Shown: piece by piece, positions 39,167 through 52,581 of the stretch
How positions within the stretch are numbered: position 1 is the first letter of the stretch
Layout: every line of letters starts with the position of its first letter
From: Camelus ferus
Lineage: Eukaryota
NCBI RefSeq assembly: GCF_009834535.1
Contig: NC_045697.1
Coordinates: forward strand, 28,274,001 to 28,338,000
DNA length: 64,000 nt
Direction: 5' to 3'
Notes under the pieces: generated by a model
The model's input: the letters and a program-made list of their open reading frames with translations, nothing else
What the model was told of the DNA's origin: nothing
The model's database searches: none
Program-made: the position numbers and the translations under genes

Positions 39167-40639
39167 CTGGGAAAAAAGAAATTCCACAATGTTAACCTAT
39201 ATTATCCAACAGAAATGCAAAATGGTAGGAGTAATTGTGCATAAAGTTAGCATCAAGAACAGTCCTCCAGTTTAGTTCTAAATTTGTAGGATATTTTCTA
39301 CAAAGTATAAACAACAGTTTCCAGGGCATGTAGTGAAATTCTACTCACTCCCTACCTCACCTTCACTCAAAAAACTAAAACTAACTTTAAAACTCTGATT
39401 TGAAACAATTCTATGAGTTTCCTTTCCTACAAAAGCACAGGTCATGGAGCAGACCAGCTGGGCTCTGATCCTAACTCCACCACTCATCAGCTGGGAGAAC
39501 AGAAGTGACTTAACCACTCTGCATGTGTTTCCTCCTTTGTAAAATGAGGGTACCTATAGTAATGTGCTTGGTAGGGATGTTGTGAAGACGGACATGCTGA
39601 GCACAAAGCCTGGCACACCTCAGTAAATATTAACAAGCACAGTCACCTACATGATCACACAAAGAATGAACTGAAGATGTTGTGTCTACAACTATCCTGC
39701 CCAGCTCAACTCTAGAGCTTTCTTTCTCCTCTTATCACATGGGGGCCCGGCACATAAAGTGTGTTCAACACATACACAGTGACTGAGGGAGAGATGGTTA
39801 AACCTACTGTGGGAGTGGGAAACTGCAGTTCACCTGAAGCCTTAAGTCTTCTCCAGGCACACAAAGCACTTACACACCTTTAATTTGGTTTTTGAAAGAG
39901 AAAAGGAGTCAGCTTAAATTTAACCCTGTATCATTACAATTCTATTATGTTATAAATAAAATAAACTGTCACTGTTGGCCAATGTCTAGTGACTATCTAG
40001 ACATTGTGATTAGCAACGTCAGTCCCAATAAAAAATACTTTGGACATTAAATGTATATTGTGACTGCTTGTTTTCCATGCCTACCAAAGCAAACATGCTA
40101 CTGGGATTTTTAGGCTGCCTGCTCTGCAAGCGAGCTCAGCGTTTTATTTGCACCTCTCCCCTTGAGGTCTCCTTGGCCCTCTCAGGGGTCTTGGTCTCAC
40201 ATGTCTCAGATCTTGGTACATGTATTCTCTCCCACTCGACATCCCCCGCCCTTCACCCAACTAACTCCTTCTTAGTTTCCCAGTCTTAGCTTAAATATAC
40301 GTTCCTCTAGGGATGGGAGCACACATCCCCATCCCTGACTGCACACCTCCACCCCATGAGCACTACATACTTAACCCTATAATAGCACTTAGCACAATAT
40401 ATTTTAATTGCTCGTTTCATCGATGTCTTCCTCACTGACTGGGAGCTCCTTGAAGGGGACTGTGCTTTGTCCATAAAAGCACTTCTGGTATCTAGTACAG
40501 CACCTGAGCTCAGAGCAGGTTCTCAATAAATGCTTGCTCAGAGTTCAAAGAATCAACTATTATACTTCCTAACAGATACGTCACTGAGCAATTACATGGT
40601 GACAGACACACACAAAAATGAATGAAGTTGTAAAATCAC

Positions 40640-41039
40640 CGCATTTCTTATCTTCTGATGGACTCTTGTGCCAGTTTTGGAGCCAGCGTAGGAGTTTGTT
40701 GGCACAGCTCTGGTCACCTTGCTGTCCAATTATGGTCTTGAGCGAGGTTGGCTTATATTTATCCACCCAGAGCAAATTTTCCACTTTGTTTTCACTGCTG
40801 TCATCAGCCAAATTCCTAGCCCGGCTGTCACCATTTGTCTCCTCAGCCACCTGCTCCTTGAAGTCCAGGCCTCTCCGAAACACACTTGTATCTTTTTTTA
40901 TTGACTTTATAGAGCTTTCTCTCTGGGGAGTCAGCTGGCACTTTTTAGATTCTGATTCCTTCTTAGTTGGACTAATTTTTCTTTTTCCTCGGTCATTTTT
41001 TTGGGGTGTTCTTTCCAATTTGGATTTTTCTTTCTTCAT
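40640..41039 (-). CDS. RFC1: RFC1 exon ~13 (RFC box II)
   Basis: MKKEKSKLERTPQK...LLWVDKYKPTSLKTIIGQQGDQSCANKLLRWLQNWHKSPSEDKKC; 400 nt. Confidence 0.96.
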
Positions 41040-41349
41040 CTTAAAAATTGGAAAAGTGAGGAAAAAAGAAACCTGATGAGATATACAGAATTTCTATCCT
41101 GCAACATGTACTCTAGAGGGCAATCTGAGGTATCCAAGTCAGCTACCCAACCTAAGTCTGTCTTTTCACAATGGACTCTGCTGTTTGTGGAAACCCCACC
41201 TTTCCAACTTTATAAAAATTAACAACACACCAAAAAGCACCCAAATGCAATTTTTTAAAATGAAAATATATTAGTTTTTAAAAGTATTACAAAATCAGTT
41301 TTAAAAAATGTGAATGATTAAGACTTTTTGTTTTCTAATTAAAATTTAA

Positions 41350-42470
41350 TTCTTCCACAAAAACTTGCATACAAATATTTAAAGCAGCATTATTACATTT
41401 TATATAAACAAATAATTATATATTATAGCCAAAAAAATGGAAACAACCCAAAATGGCCATCAACTGATGAATGAATAAACAAAATGTGGTATATCCACAC
41501 AATGGAATACTAATCACCAATAAAAAGGAGTGAAGCATTGATGTATGCTTCAAAGTAGCTGAACCTTGAAAACATAATGCTAAGTGAAGAAAGCCAGCCA
41601 CAAAGGGCCACATATTACATGTTTCCCTTTATATGACATGTCCAGAATAGGCAAATCTGTAGACAGAAAGCAGAGTAGTGGTTGCCACCGAGTGGGTATG
41701 AAGAGTGGCTGCTAATGGGTACAGGGTAGGGGGAGTGATGAAAATGTTCTGGAGTAGAGAGTGGTGACAGTTGCACAATCTTGTGAATATACTAAAAGCC
41801 ACCAACATACACTCTAAAAGGATAAATGTTATGATGTGTGAATAATGTCCAATAAAAAAAAATTAGTGACCCTTTAGTAGTAAGTGGATGCAAATGTTTA
41901 AGGAAAAACAAGGTACCAGCATAGTGTTAAAGTATCTCTCCAAGATATTCATCAATTACAAAGAGAAAACTATCACTTCACTCCTGGGAGGACCAAGCAG
42001 AAATCACCTTAACCAAGTAATAAAGTTTAACATCATCAATAGTAAGACATAATGGGGGAGAAAAAGACGTACTGACATCAAACACAGCTGATATGATGCA
42101 CTGAGGAGGACCCAAAACATCACTTATGTGGTCTTCTTGCCAAAAATGCATAACCTCAATCTAACTATAAGGAAACATCAACATCCCAAACTGACAGACA
42201 ATCTACAAAACAACTAACTAGTATGCATCAAATCAAGATCATAAAAAGACAAGGAAAGACTTGAAGAACTATTACAGACTGGAGAAGACTAAGATGACAA
42301 CTAAATGCAGTGTGGGATCCTTGAACAGAAAAAGGACAAGGGGGGAAAATGTGAAGTTCAGATAATGTGCAGTTGTAGTTAACAGTATGGCATCAATGTT
42401 AATTTCCTGGTTGTGATAACTGTGCTATGGCTATATAAGTTGTTAGTATTAGGGGACACTGGATGAAGGG
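41350..42470 (+). mobile_element. Old L1 3' UTR fragments (L1MB- and L1MC-like)
   Basis: atagccaaaaaaatggaaacaacccaaatg...atatccacacaatggaatac...aataaaaaaaaa at ~41851, followed by an L1MC-like tail. Confidence 0.75.
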
Positions 42471-43166
42471 TCAATCCAAGTCATTCCCCAAGAGTTTTCT
42501 AATTGGAATAAATGGGAAGACCACCTTGCCACCTGGGTGACCGAGCTGGGGACATTAAACTTGGGCTGCTAGCACCTGTGTCCCACACATGGGAAAGTGG
42601 GAATGAATGAAGCTAACACCAGGAGGAGACAGACAGATTGAAAGGGTCATAAAAGCACTGTGGTCTGCACATCCAGTAGCTCCTACATCAGCCTCACCCT
42701 GCCCATGGTACGGGTATGTGAGTCACATTTCTTCCCTTTTTGCTAAAGCTAAAGCTATGGGCTGGTTTCTGTCATTACTGAAAAAGTCCTAATATAGTTC
42801 TAATTGAAAATGATTTTATCATGCTGATACCATAAATGTATCCTTTAAAGAACTCTCAAGCACTAAACTGCTGCACAATGTTACTACAAGAATATGGAGA
42901 GAATGGACATTTTCATAAGTAGCTGTGGTCAGTACAGTTCACTGTCCTCTTTCTCCCTCCTCACACTCCCTTGAGGAAGGTCAAGAAATACATCAAAAAT
43001 GACAGCCTAAAGCAGAGTCCACCTACTCAGAAGGAAATAAGGGAAGTCCATCTGCAGTAGAAGGAAAAGGTAATCTTTTAGCCCACAGGCCTTTACCCAC
43101 CCAAGAAATGTCTCTATGAAACAGGAATACACCAACTTAAATAGATCAAGTTCATTTTATACAAAC

Positions 43167-43271
43167 CTCAGCTTCAGCTGCTATTTCATACTTGGACTTC
43201 TTCCCTGGCATGGTTCGAATCAGATTCAATAGGCCATCTTCATCAATAATTTTTGTTCCCAAGGCGGCTGC
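43167..43271 (-). CDS. RFC1: RFC1 exon ~12 (BRCT C-terminal half)
   Basis: AAALGTKIIDEDGLLNLIRTMPGKKSKYEIAAEAE; 105 nt. Confidence 0.96.
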
Positions 43272-43559
43272 CTATTGATTAAAAATGCAAATCACTGAAA
43301 CGATTACTTTCTGTAAAAAAATATATATGATTCTAGGGCTTGTCAAAAGGTGAAAAATCACATTTGTAAATTAGATAACACTGGGATCTTTCTTAAAACC
43401 ATATTCATGAAAAAGTATCATTAAAAAGAAAACAGCAGATGCCTCCCCCAGGAGTGTTGGGCTGGCACCTGAGCAGCACACTGCCACTGCTGTGGACTGC
43501 TTTACCTTTCCCTCTACCCTACAAAGGGCAAAGCCACGCGGGCTCAAGTCCAGCTCTTC

Positions 43560-44090
43560 ACACCCTCTCCCAGGGTTGATCGGCTGGCGCTCTCCCCCAC
43601 CTTCTGCCCTGCTGCTAACAGAACTCCAATGTGTCCATTTCCAAGGGATGACTTATAACTGGTCTAAGAATCACAAAGTCCTCATCCTCCCAACCTCCCT
43701 CATAGCTCTGAATGGCCATGTGACAGGTCTGGCCAATGAGACTTCAGTGGAATTCTACATGAGGTGCCTCCAGGAAAACTCGTATAAGGTCAGTCACAAC
43801 TAGTGTAACATCTTGCCACTGCTCCCTATTTCCTGTGTTGAATGTGAACTTGAGAGCTGCAGCCACCTTGCAACACAAGGCAACATGCATGAAGATGAAA
43901 GCTAACACAGTAAGGATAACAAAAGTGGAGGATGGAAGTAACCTAGCTACATCTCTGAGGTACTGAACCATCCCCCAGGAACTGCTTACCTCTGGAATTC
44001 TCATAAGGTAAGGAAATAAGCAGGTATTTGTCAAAACCACAGTTAGTTAGGTATTCTATTACCTGGAACTAAATGCAATCCTACCCAACA
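43560..44090 (+). mobile_element. Old MaLR LTR (MLT1J-like)
   Basis: ggccatgtgacaggtctggccaatgagac...gcagccaccttgcaacacaag...ttagttaggtattctattacctggaactaaatgcaatcct. Confidence 0.55.
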
Positions 44091-44459
44091 GGCCTTCCAA
44101 TAAAAAGAGCTTCCAATAAAAAAACTTAAGATGGAGTCCACAGCAGCATACAGGAATACTTAGGACTAGACAAAGAGGAAAACTGCATTTGCTTCTTTCT
44201 TCAAAAAAATTTTAACTAGAATACTACGCTAAGAAAGCCAAGTAAATAGGAACTGTGCCTTCAACTGGAAAACCAAAATCCTGGGGTAGAAGCCAAACAA
44301 CACTTGTGTGGAGAAAAAAATAATGTAGGGAAGAAACTACTTTTCCATTTTTCCCCTTCATTTCACTCTGTGTAAAGGACATTACTACCAATGGTCACTT
44401 CAAGGGCCTGCCAAGGCAAACAGGCTGTCTCCCTGTGCTGAGAAGACAGCAGTACCCAC

Positions 44460-44639
44460 CTTATCACTCTTGGACTGACCACTGTCGCGACCCCTGACAA
44501 GGTAATTTGTCTTCTTGCTGACATTTCCTGTTACTTTTCCCCCATAACGCTCAATTAGAGACTTGGCCTCGTCTCGTTCAATGGACTCCAGCACTCCTGT
44601 GATTACAAATGTAAGGCCTTCCAAGCAATTTTCAGCTCC
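44460..44639 (-). CDS. RFC1: RFC1 exon ~11 (BRCT N-terminal half)
   Basis: GAENCLEGLTFVITGVLESIERDEAKSLIERYGGKVTGNVSKKTNYLVRGRDSGQSKSDK; 180 nt. Confidence 0.96.
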
Positions 44640-46179
44640 CTAAAAACCAAAATGTTCAAGCAGAGAGGAAATTACATGGAGCTTTCCAAAGAAATATTTG
44701 GCATCAAAACTGCAGGAAGTTGATTTTTCTCATTTGACATCATAAATAATCTCAGCATGAAAAAATCTGCAGGAAATTTAATAGCAAATAAGCAGAGCCT
44801 GAAATGAAATCCTGAGAAATTCTTCTGTAGGCTAACAGTTAATAAACTTATAAAACCATACATCCAATATGGTTAGGAAAGCTTATTAAAATTATCCATT
44901 CATACTATTCTCATTTTTTTTTTAATATTTAAACTACTGCTTAACTTGTATAACTTTAAGTAAACAACCACATGCACCTACAGAATATCTTTGTGAAAAA
45001 AGTAGTTTCAATTCTGAAAAAACTAAAACAAGTTTGAACTCCTGCTCTTCTCTCTGGCTGTTTACTCCCCCACCCCATACTAAATCTAACAACCTGTGAG
45101 TAACTTAAGGGCAAGAGCATACAATCTCTTGATTGGAAAGATCTCTTGATAATACAAAAAACACTGGCCAAAGAGAGCTGGATGGAAGAGACATTTAATC
45201 TTAATTGGAAATGTGTATAGCTACAGACTTGTTTTTACTTCTGCAGTGGTTCAATATGGTACAGCCAAGCAAAATGAAAATTATGTAAACCATTCGAAAT
45301 TACTTATTAATAGAGAACTGAGATCAATACAGACTTAAAACAGGCTTGAAAAGAAGAAACTAAACAAAATTCAAAGACTGCCCCAATACAAGTTCAATCC
45401 TTCACCATGCAGGTGAAGAACTATTCTTGGGGGATTTAAAAAAAAAAAAAAAAAAGCCATAAATCTGCTTGGAGAGAAAAGGTTGACTAACTACATCTCA
45501 AAGTCCCTATGATTCTAGGATTGAAATGATCTTGTAAAAACTAAACTACTTAAATTCTTCTCAACAAATTTAAAGTAACTTTAGAAAATGCCACATGCAA
45601 ACCCCTATCCCACACTCCTTAATTAACTATCATCTCCTGAACTATCACACACTGTGGCTTTATCTTTTTACTTATCCAATCTCCACACTTCTAGCCTCCC
45701 TACCAAACCCTTCCACTCTAGAACTCTTCCTGCAGGGCCAACAAACCACCCAACATTCTCAACCTCTTCTCCAATATCCCCTCCATGGCTCTGCCTTCAC
45801 TGATACCTGGCTGCCCCACTAAGAACCCCACTCTGCCTCAAGTCCCCTCAAGCAGAGGCTTTCTTAGTCTTTCATACACTACGTGCAGGAGGCAAGACTG
45901 GTATCTTCTATAAGCCCTGTAAGGCTCATCTCTCCCCCTTTTTCTTAGGGGAACTACTGATCTCCATTTGTGCTCTGAATCTCCTGCCCTTCTACATTCT
46001 CAGAAACCTCATACTACATTTGATTCTTCTTCTCTTTCTGGTAAACCTTCAGTCTCTCCCTTTCTGGTACGTCAATCCCATCACACACACACAAAAAAAT
46101 TAAAAAACAAAAGCCACGCTTTAAGTATCTCCTACCTTAAAAACACTCACATTTTCCCTCTAAATCCCACCTTCTATTT

Positions 46180-47230
46180 GTAGGTAGAAGTCCTCTCTCT
46201 CCTCTCCCCTTCGCAACCAACATACAAAAAAAACCCTATCACTTATGCTGCCTCCATTTTTTCTCCTCTCACTCACTCTTCAATCCATTTCCATCAGATT
46301 CTGCCTCTATCATTCTATTGAAACTTCTCTTGATCAGTCATGTTATTAAATGCAGTGGACAATTTTCCATCTCCTCTTAATCATTTTTAAAAAAAATCTC
46401 TCTTGCCTTTGCTTCTGTGACACCACCTTTACCAGGCTTCTCTCCCACATTTGTGGCTGCTTCTTCACAGTCTGAGTTTCACCCTCCTCTGCTTCATGAA
46501 GAAGCTAGGCCCAAGGCCGCCCTCTCTTCTCACTCTGCACTTGCTGGTTGGGTGACATTAATACCTTCACACATTATCTACATGCCAATAATGTCCACGT
46601 TTTTACATCCTGACTTCTGTTCTGAGCTCTAGCCCTGCATATCTAACCTGTCTGCCTAACATTTCCGTGTGGCTATCTCACATACATCTAAAGCCAGCAT
46701 GGTGACAACAAACTCATTATCATCTCCCTAGATCGGCTGTGCCTCAGCGGCATCAGCACCCACCCAGCTGCTCGTGCCAGTAACCAGGACACCATCCTAG
46801 AGGCTCAACCCCACTTCCAATCATCACCAAGTCCTACGGATTTTACCTTTTTCATTGAAACTACTTTACTTTTCAATACTTTCTCTGCTACTGCCCTAGA
46901 GAAGTCTCTGTTACTTCTCACCAGCTTTCCTAAGGGAGCTCCCTGTATCTATTCCCCGCTCCACTGCACTCTATACTCATAGCCAGGATGCTCTGTTTGA
47001 AACACAAACTTGGCCATACTATTCCCCTACTTACAACGCCCCTTGGGGCCAGCTTCCTCTGTTATACTTCCAAAGAGCATCTTGATTTTTCCCTTATGGC
47101 ACATATCACAATTATAATTAAATAATAATTTATTTAACGTCTCTTTCCTGAGTTAGATCATAAGTACCATGACAGCAAAGAGCATTAGTCCTGTGACTGC
47201 CACATCTTCAAGGCTCAGCCCTTGCAGGGC
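46180..47230. mobile_element. L2 LINE fragments
   Basis: Pyrimidine-rich L2-like sequence (ctcactcactcttcaatcc, ttctgagctctagccctgcatatctaac). Confidence 0.6.
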
Positions 47231-47429
47231 AACATGTTACTTAAAGGAAATTTTTTGTAAGTATCAAGCAGTGATTTATAAGGTGAATAAACATCTGTAA
47301 TTTGTAAAGATGGTGACTAAGGCTTTTCTGTTAATGTTTGACTATTAATTATCTGCTGCTGTTAATATAGTGAATACACACATGGACCCGCAGGGCAGAG
47401 GCCCTGACACATCCCCTCAGTACTCTTAC

Positions 47430-47537
47430 CTTTGGTATTTCTTTGGAGCCCAGGGCTTTGGGACCTTCTCGATTTAAGTAGCTCCGATAAGCTTGATAAT
47501 TACTGCGTCTCTTTTCAGAATCTTCAGGACTTATAGA
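47430..47537 (-). CDS. RFC1: RFC1 exon ~10
   Basis: SISPEDSEKRRSNYQAYRSYLNREGPKALGSKEIPK; 108 nt. Confidence 0.96.
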
Positions 47538-47850
47538 CTTCAGGGAGAGGGAAAATAAACTGAATAAAATCATGCAAAATTCATGTAAAATTAAAAATAC
47601 ACATCAATAAATAAACAGTAAGTCATTTCAGTGTTTGGTCTTGATAGTAACATTTTTAGCTACACAGGTACTCCCCAATTTACACATGCCCAGCTTATAA
47701 ACACCCCTATAATCAGCCCTTCTCTGACCTTTCAATACTCTCTAAAGGTACATGCCTCAGGGTAGACTGGGTGAATAAGCCAAGTTGCTAGCCCCAAGCC
47801 CAAAAAGACAAAAAAGTATATTTTATTTCAAAAATTCATGTGAACTTTTA

Positions 47851-47989
47851 GTGGGGAGGGTATAGCTCAAGTGGTAAAGTGTATGCTTTGCATGCAGGAG
47901 GTCCTGGGTTCAATGCCCAGTACCTCGTCTAAAAATAAGTAAATAGATAAATAAATTTTTAAAAAACAAATTACCTCTTCCCCCCCAAA
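47851..47989 (+). mobile_element. tRNA(Ala)-like SINE with 18-bp TSD
   Basis: ggggagggtatagctcaagtggt...ggtcctgggttcaatgcccagtacctc + A-rich tail; aaaattca(t/c)gtgaacttt at 47831-47848 and 47990-48007. Confidence 0.9.
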
Positions 47990-49509
47990 AAAATTCACGT
48001 GAACTTTAAATTCTATTCATAATATATCATGTGTATTTTAATGGAAATAACTAATTTTTCCCCAAATCAACCTGAACACACAAGAAAATAATCCTATTTT
48101 TATCCAATGGCCTTGTATACCCTGAAAATAACATCTCCTCTATACCCCTGAGGATATGAGGACTGCAGTCTGAGAATTAATAGCCTCATATAAACAGCTG
48201 GCTCAAATAGGGGCCAAGCTTTGCTCCAAAACAGCAGGCAATTCTACATGCCACCACCCTTCCTTCTGTGTTTAATTTCTCCTATTCTATTTCTCTCAAG
48301 AGGATCTTACCATGGTGTATCTCAGAAAATCCTGGGGAATTTTTAAATATGTATCTTCGGATGCACTCCAAGTTTTTGATTCAGAGACATGGGATATGAC
48401 TGAGGCATGTGTATTCTGGAGAATATCCTAGGTAATTCTGATTTAAGAACCACTATTAAGAATGGTCTCTGCTGTTTTTTCTACTTCCTAATTTACATTA
48501 TTTTTAACTTGTAAGCCACCTCAAATCCCTTTGAGAATAGACAAAAAATACCATTTCTATGCAAATAAATGATTTAATCAACAAAATGGGGTGATTTGCT
48601 TTGGTTTTGAGTTTAATACGCCACTATGGGATGATCCTAGACCTTAACCCTACTTTTTAACAGCGGTTCTCAAATGTTGGGTGCGTTCATACCATCTGAA
48701 AAACTTTTTGAAACACACCAGCCCAGACCACATGCCCTAGGAAACCATATTTTTAACAAACTTCAGAGAAAAGTCTAATGCATGCCAAAATGGGAAAACT
48801 ATTCATTTATAACATTAACTCCATGAAAAAAAAGAATTATAAACAAATTATAAAGTAACTTTGAAGCACACCCATTTATGAAGTCAAAATTACTTCACTG
48901 AGATAGACTGAATTTATAAAATAATTCATATTCCCAAAACTACTTAAGTAAAAGTTCTCTGAATCATTTCTATGCCAACTTTGATAAGTAACACTATCAT
49001 TTAAAGATTTCTTCTCCTTTAATAAAATAAGACAAGCCTCAGTAAATTAAACATGTTTAGTGCACCTGAAGGAAAACATTCATCCACCAGCTAAGTATTT
49101 AGTGAAGAAAAATCTGAGACCAAAAAGTTAATTGTTCCCTTAAGCATATTTATGACCACTGACCAAAAACAAAAGCATCTAGAAATCATCACTATTTAAC
49201 AGTTCTGCACTAAAAAATAATGGTGATAAGCAGTTAAAATAGATAATATTCTCCTTTTAAGCCTAAGAGGCTTGAAGGAATAGTGGTTTCTCATTATGAA
49301 TCTAGTAAGGTGGTTCCAAACTGGAAATTCTACAAAACCATTCAACTCTCAAATATATATGAAAACAAAGAAAATTTTTGAAAACTCTTCTGTATTACTT
49401 TACTGTTTTTCCCTTTGAAAATGATTTCAGTATCTCAATACTGTTAAACAGGAGAAAAAGGATTACATTCAGGAAAAATCCAAATAATAATTATTTTAAT
49501 AATAATAGC

Positions 49510-49940
49510 AAAAACTTATATAGCATTTACTATATATCAGGCACTGTTCCAAGTGGTTTTATATTAACTCACTAGGCACTATTATTACCCCTATTTTACA
49601 AATAAGGAAACCAAAGCAGAGAAAAGGGAAATTATCAGACAAAGGTCACACATTAGTGTCACAGGGCTATGATCCGAAACTGGCTCTGGAGTCCGTGCTC
49701 AGAGCCACCATGTGATACTGCTTTTTTTGGCCTCAGAGGACCTAAGTTCAGAATGGCTCTGCCACGTACTAGCTGGATGATCTTGGAAAAGTTACTTAAA
49801 CCATTTCAGCCTGTTTCCTCATCTTCAAAAGTTGTCAATAAAAGTAAGTATCTCACAGGGTTGCTGTGAGAATTACATAACATAGCACATGTATTAGCAC
49901 AATATCTGATACTCATTAACACTCAATAAATATTGGCTAA
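49510..49940. mobile_element. Two MIR SINEs, head-to-head
   Basis: cccctattttacaaataaggaaacc...ggtcacac (-) and gctggatgatcttggaaaagttacttaaaccatttcagcctgtttcctcatc (+). Confidence 0.7.
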
Positions 49941-50100
49941 TTTAGCTATATTAATAATCTACAGACTACAACAGTATCTTTAAATAAGATAATATCTTAA
50001 AAGTACTATAATGACTTATAAGGTTAGAAATAAAACTTGAAAACAATCAAACCCAGATCAAAACATAGCCCCAAAATGATACACTTTTAGAAATTTCTAC

Positions 50101-50381
50101 CTCTTGTTTAGCTGGAGAACTTTTGATTTTCTTAGGAGTTCTGGTCTCTTTCAGTTCAATGGCATTTTCTTTTCTTTTTGAGCCCATAGGCTCTGTTTTT
50201 TTATAAGAACTCTCTTCTCTTTTTTTCAAAGTTGCCAGCTTGGAACTGGCTTTTGGAGAAGAAGTTTCTCCTGTTTTATGAGCTGATGACCTAGAATGTT
50301 GAGATTCTTTTGAACTTTCACATTTAGTTCGCTTCTTAGGACTGCAATTCTTTCTTTCATCTGAAAATTGTTCTGCTTTTA
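50101..50381 (-). CDS. RFC1: RFC1 exon ~9
   Basis: (V)KAEQFSDERKNCSPKKRTK...KIKSSPAKQE; frame open throughout; 281 nt. Confidence 0.93.
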
Positions 50382-51262
50382 CTGGGAAGAAAGAAAAGAT
50401 TATGAATGTTGTTTTTAGAAAATGATACTCATTTCTAGATTATTAAAATATCAAAATTATTTTTTCATTTTTCAACTGAATAATCTTCATAGCACACAGT
50501 ATATAGTGATTTTCATTAATATTTTAGTTCTTCAGTTTATTCAGAACATTTATTTTTAAAAATTAAATACTTCTATGTTACTTCTTTGTATAACCAGATC
50601 AAATTAAGGGATCTGTACGTCTTTTTAAATATAAATTGCTCATTAATTGAAATGATATGGTAAACTACATCTGAGAACATGGACTTAATTCCACAGATAA
50701 ACTTCAATGATCTGAAATTCACACAGAGAAAACTTACTAACTAGAATATGTCACATAAAAATTCTATCTGTAATATCATCTGAAATTATCCTGGGATTTC
50801 AAGACTAAAATTATATGAACAGATTTACTTATAAGATTAAGCTCACCTACATTAGCAGCTGGATAGATACCAGAACTAGATATCTAAAAAATAAAATCTA
50901 CAGACAACGAACAAAGGAGCTTCAGATGACCAGTACAACTCTGAATCAACTCTAGGAACCTGAAGCATCTAGTTTTGTCTTCATATGTTGAAGTCCACAC
51001 AGTTGCACAATATTTGGAAAGGAACATGAAGCCAAGAGCGGTGACACATTTCTCACAACAATCATAGAGCAGACAGGCATTCAGCACCAGCTAATATCCA
51101 AACAGCTTCCAAAGTATCTAAGTAGAACATCTCTAGTACTCCTATGAAATAATATCTACCTAAGAATATTAGGCAATTATGAACAGAATGTTTAAACAAG
51201 GTTACATGAATTTTCTTCTATAAAGATAAATGTTCCAGCTTGCTTTTTTCTGCTAGTATTAC

Positions 51263-51350
51263 CTTTATGAGGATATTTAGGTTTGACTGCTTTACATAAA
51301 TTGGCCTGTACAGATGAAAACATCTCTCTCTCTTCTGGGTCCTTTAGAGC
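51263..51350 (-). CDS. RFC1: RFC1 exon ~8
   Basis: ALKDPEEREMFSSVQANLCKAVKPKYPHK+G; 88 nt. Confidence 0.92.
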
Positions 51351-52503
51351 CTAAGAAAACAGAAAAGGTGTCAAATGCAATAAATAACAGGAAAACTATT
51401 ACCACAAAATATGTTTTTAAAATTGACCAAAGATTAAGGGTCACCTTCCGAAGTACCAGAACAATCTAATAAATTTTCATTCATTCATACACGAAATCTC
51501 TGGGACAAAATGAGGCATACTGTATTACTTTTAATTTTACAGATGAAGAAACAGATGAAAGAGTATTAAAGATACAGCTATAAAAAATTATCCCTGTTGT
51601 TCCCCACTTCTGTGGGAAAATAGAAGACTTGTTCCTGCTGTCTTCATCTCCACTCTCAAATTGTTAGTATTACACAGTTAAAAACTAAAATCTAAACCCA
51701 AAAGACTAAATTAAAGAGAATCCAAAGCACAAAAGTAAAATAAAGAGTACTTTCTCAAAAGAGAAAAAGAAAGTCCATTTTCTCCGCTGGTCCTTCAAAA
51801 CTCCATTTTACAAAGAGGTCACAAATTGGGGTGCGTGACACAGTATTTTTTTAAATAATTAAAATTTGAATGCCTTTAGATGAAGTAAGGCTTTTCAAAT
51901 GACAAAATCCCCACCATTCCCTATTGTCTTACACTTGCCTGCCGTAAAATCTTTTAAAATAGTCAGATATTGATACTGAAAATATTAACAGAAGGTGATT
52001 CAACAGAAATAAGGCTAATTTTCTAGAGATCAAGTGCTTAAAAAAATCTTGATGCTTTCAGAGATTCCCAGCAATAGTCATTATTACTTGAGACTGTCCT
52101 AATACAGACCTAAAAGTTAGCTAATTAGAAATAGCAAAATTGTGCTTCAAAAAAAAGACAGTAATTAATATTAAAGTTGCTACACTTTAGGTTCTGTAGG
52201 AGTCTTTATAAGTGCTAGTCTCTGAACAAGTACATAAGAATCCCTTTGTGACAGAGGAAGTAAAAGCTGTAGTTTGTTGTTTTGTGAAGAAGGATTCTGG
52301 TTGGCTTTGGCTCTATCAACCTTCCTTTAGAAGAATAAGTTTCTCAATGAGCTTCCCCAAAAACATTTTTTATAAATTAGAATAATTTAGCTATTCTCTA
52401 GAAGAGTTACTCATGGTTCTATCTCCAGAGCCTAGAATACACAGGTCTGAAAGGGAACACTGTTTTGTATTGTACAAAGTGCGAACGTTTGGTAAAACAT
52501 CAC

Positions 52504-52581
52504 CTTTTTGGACTTGGGTTCTTCATCCAACATGGCTAACGTTCTGGCAAACTCTTCATCTTCATGCAGTTGTCTCTCCAG
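52504..52581 (-). CDS. RFC1: RFC1 exon ~7
   Basis: LERQLHEDEEFARTLAMLDEEPKSKK; 78 nt, phase 0-0. Confidence 0.95.

Noticed and set aside
40618..41076. 152-aa + strand ORF (and similarly 16572..17030 on -)
   Set aside because: Antisense shadow of a real exon; no recognisable protein features.
47853..47925. tRNA-Ala(TGC)-like sequence (also at 8465-8540 and 17315-17390)
   Set aside because: A-rich tails, target-site duplications and multiple diverged copies mark these as SINEs, not tRNA genes.
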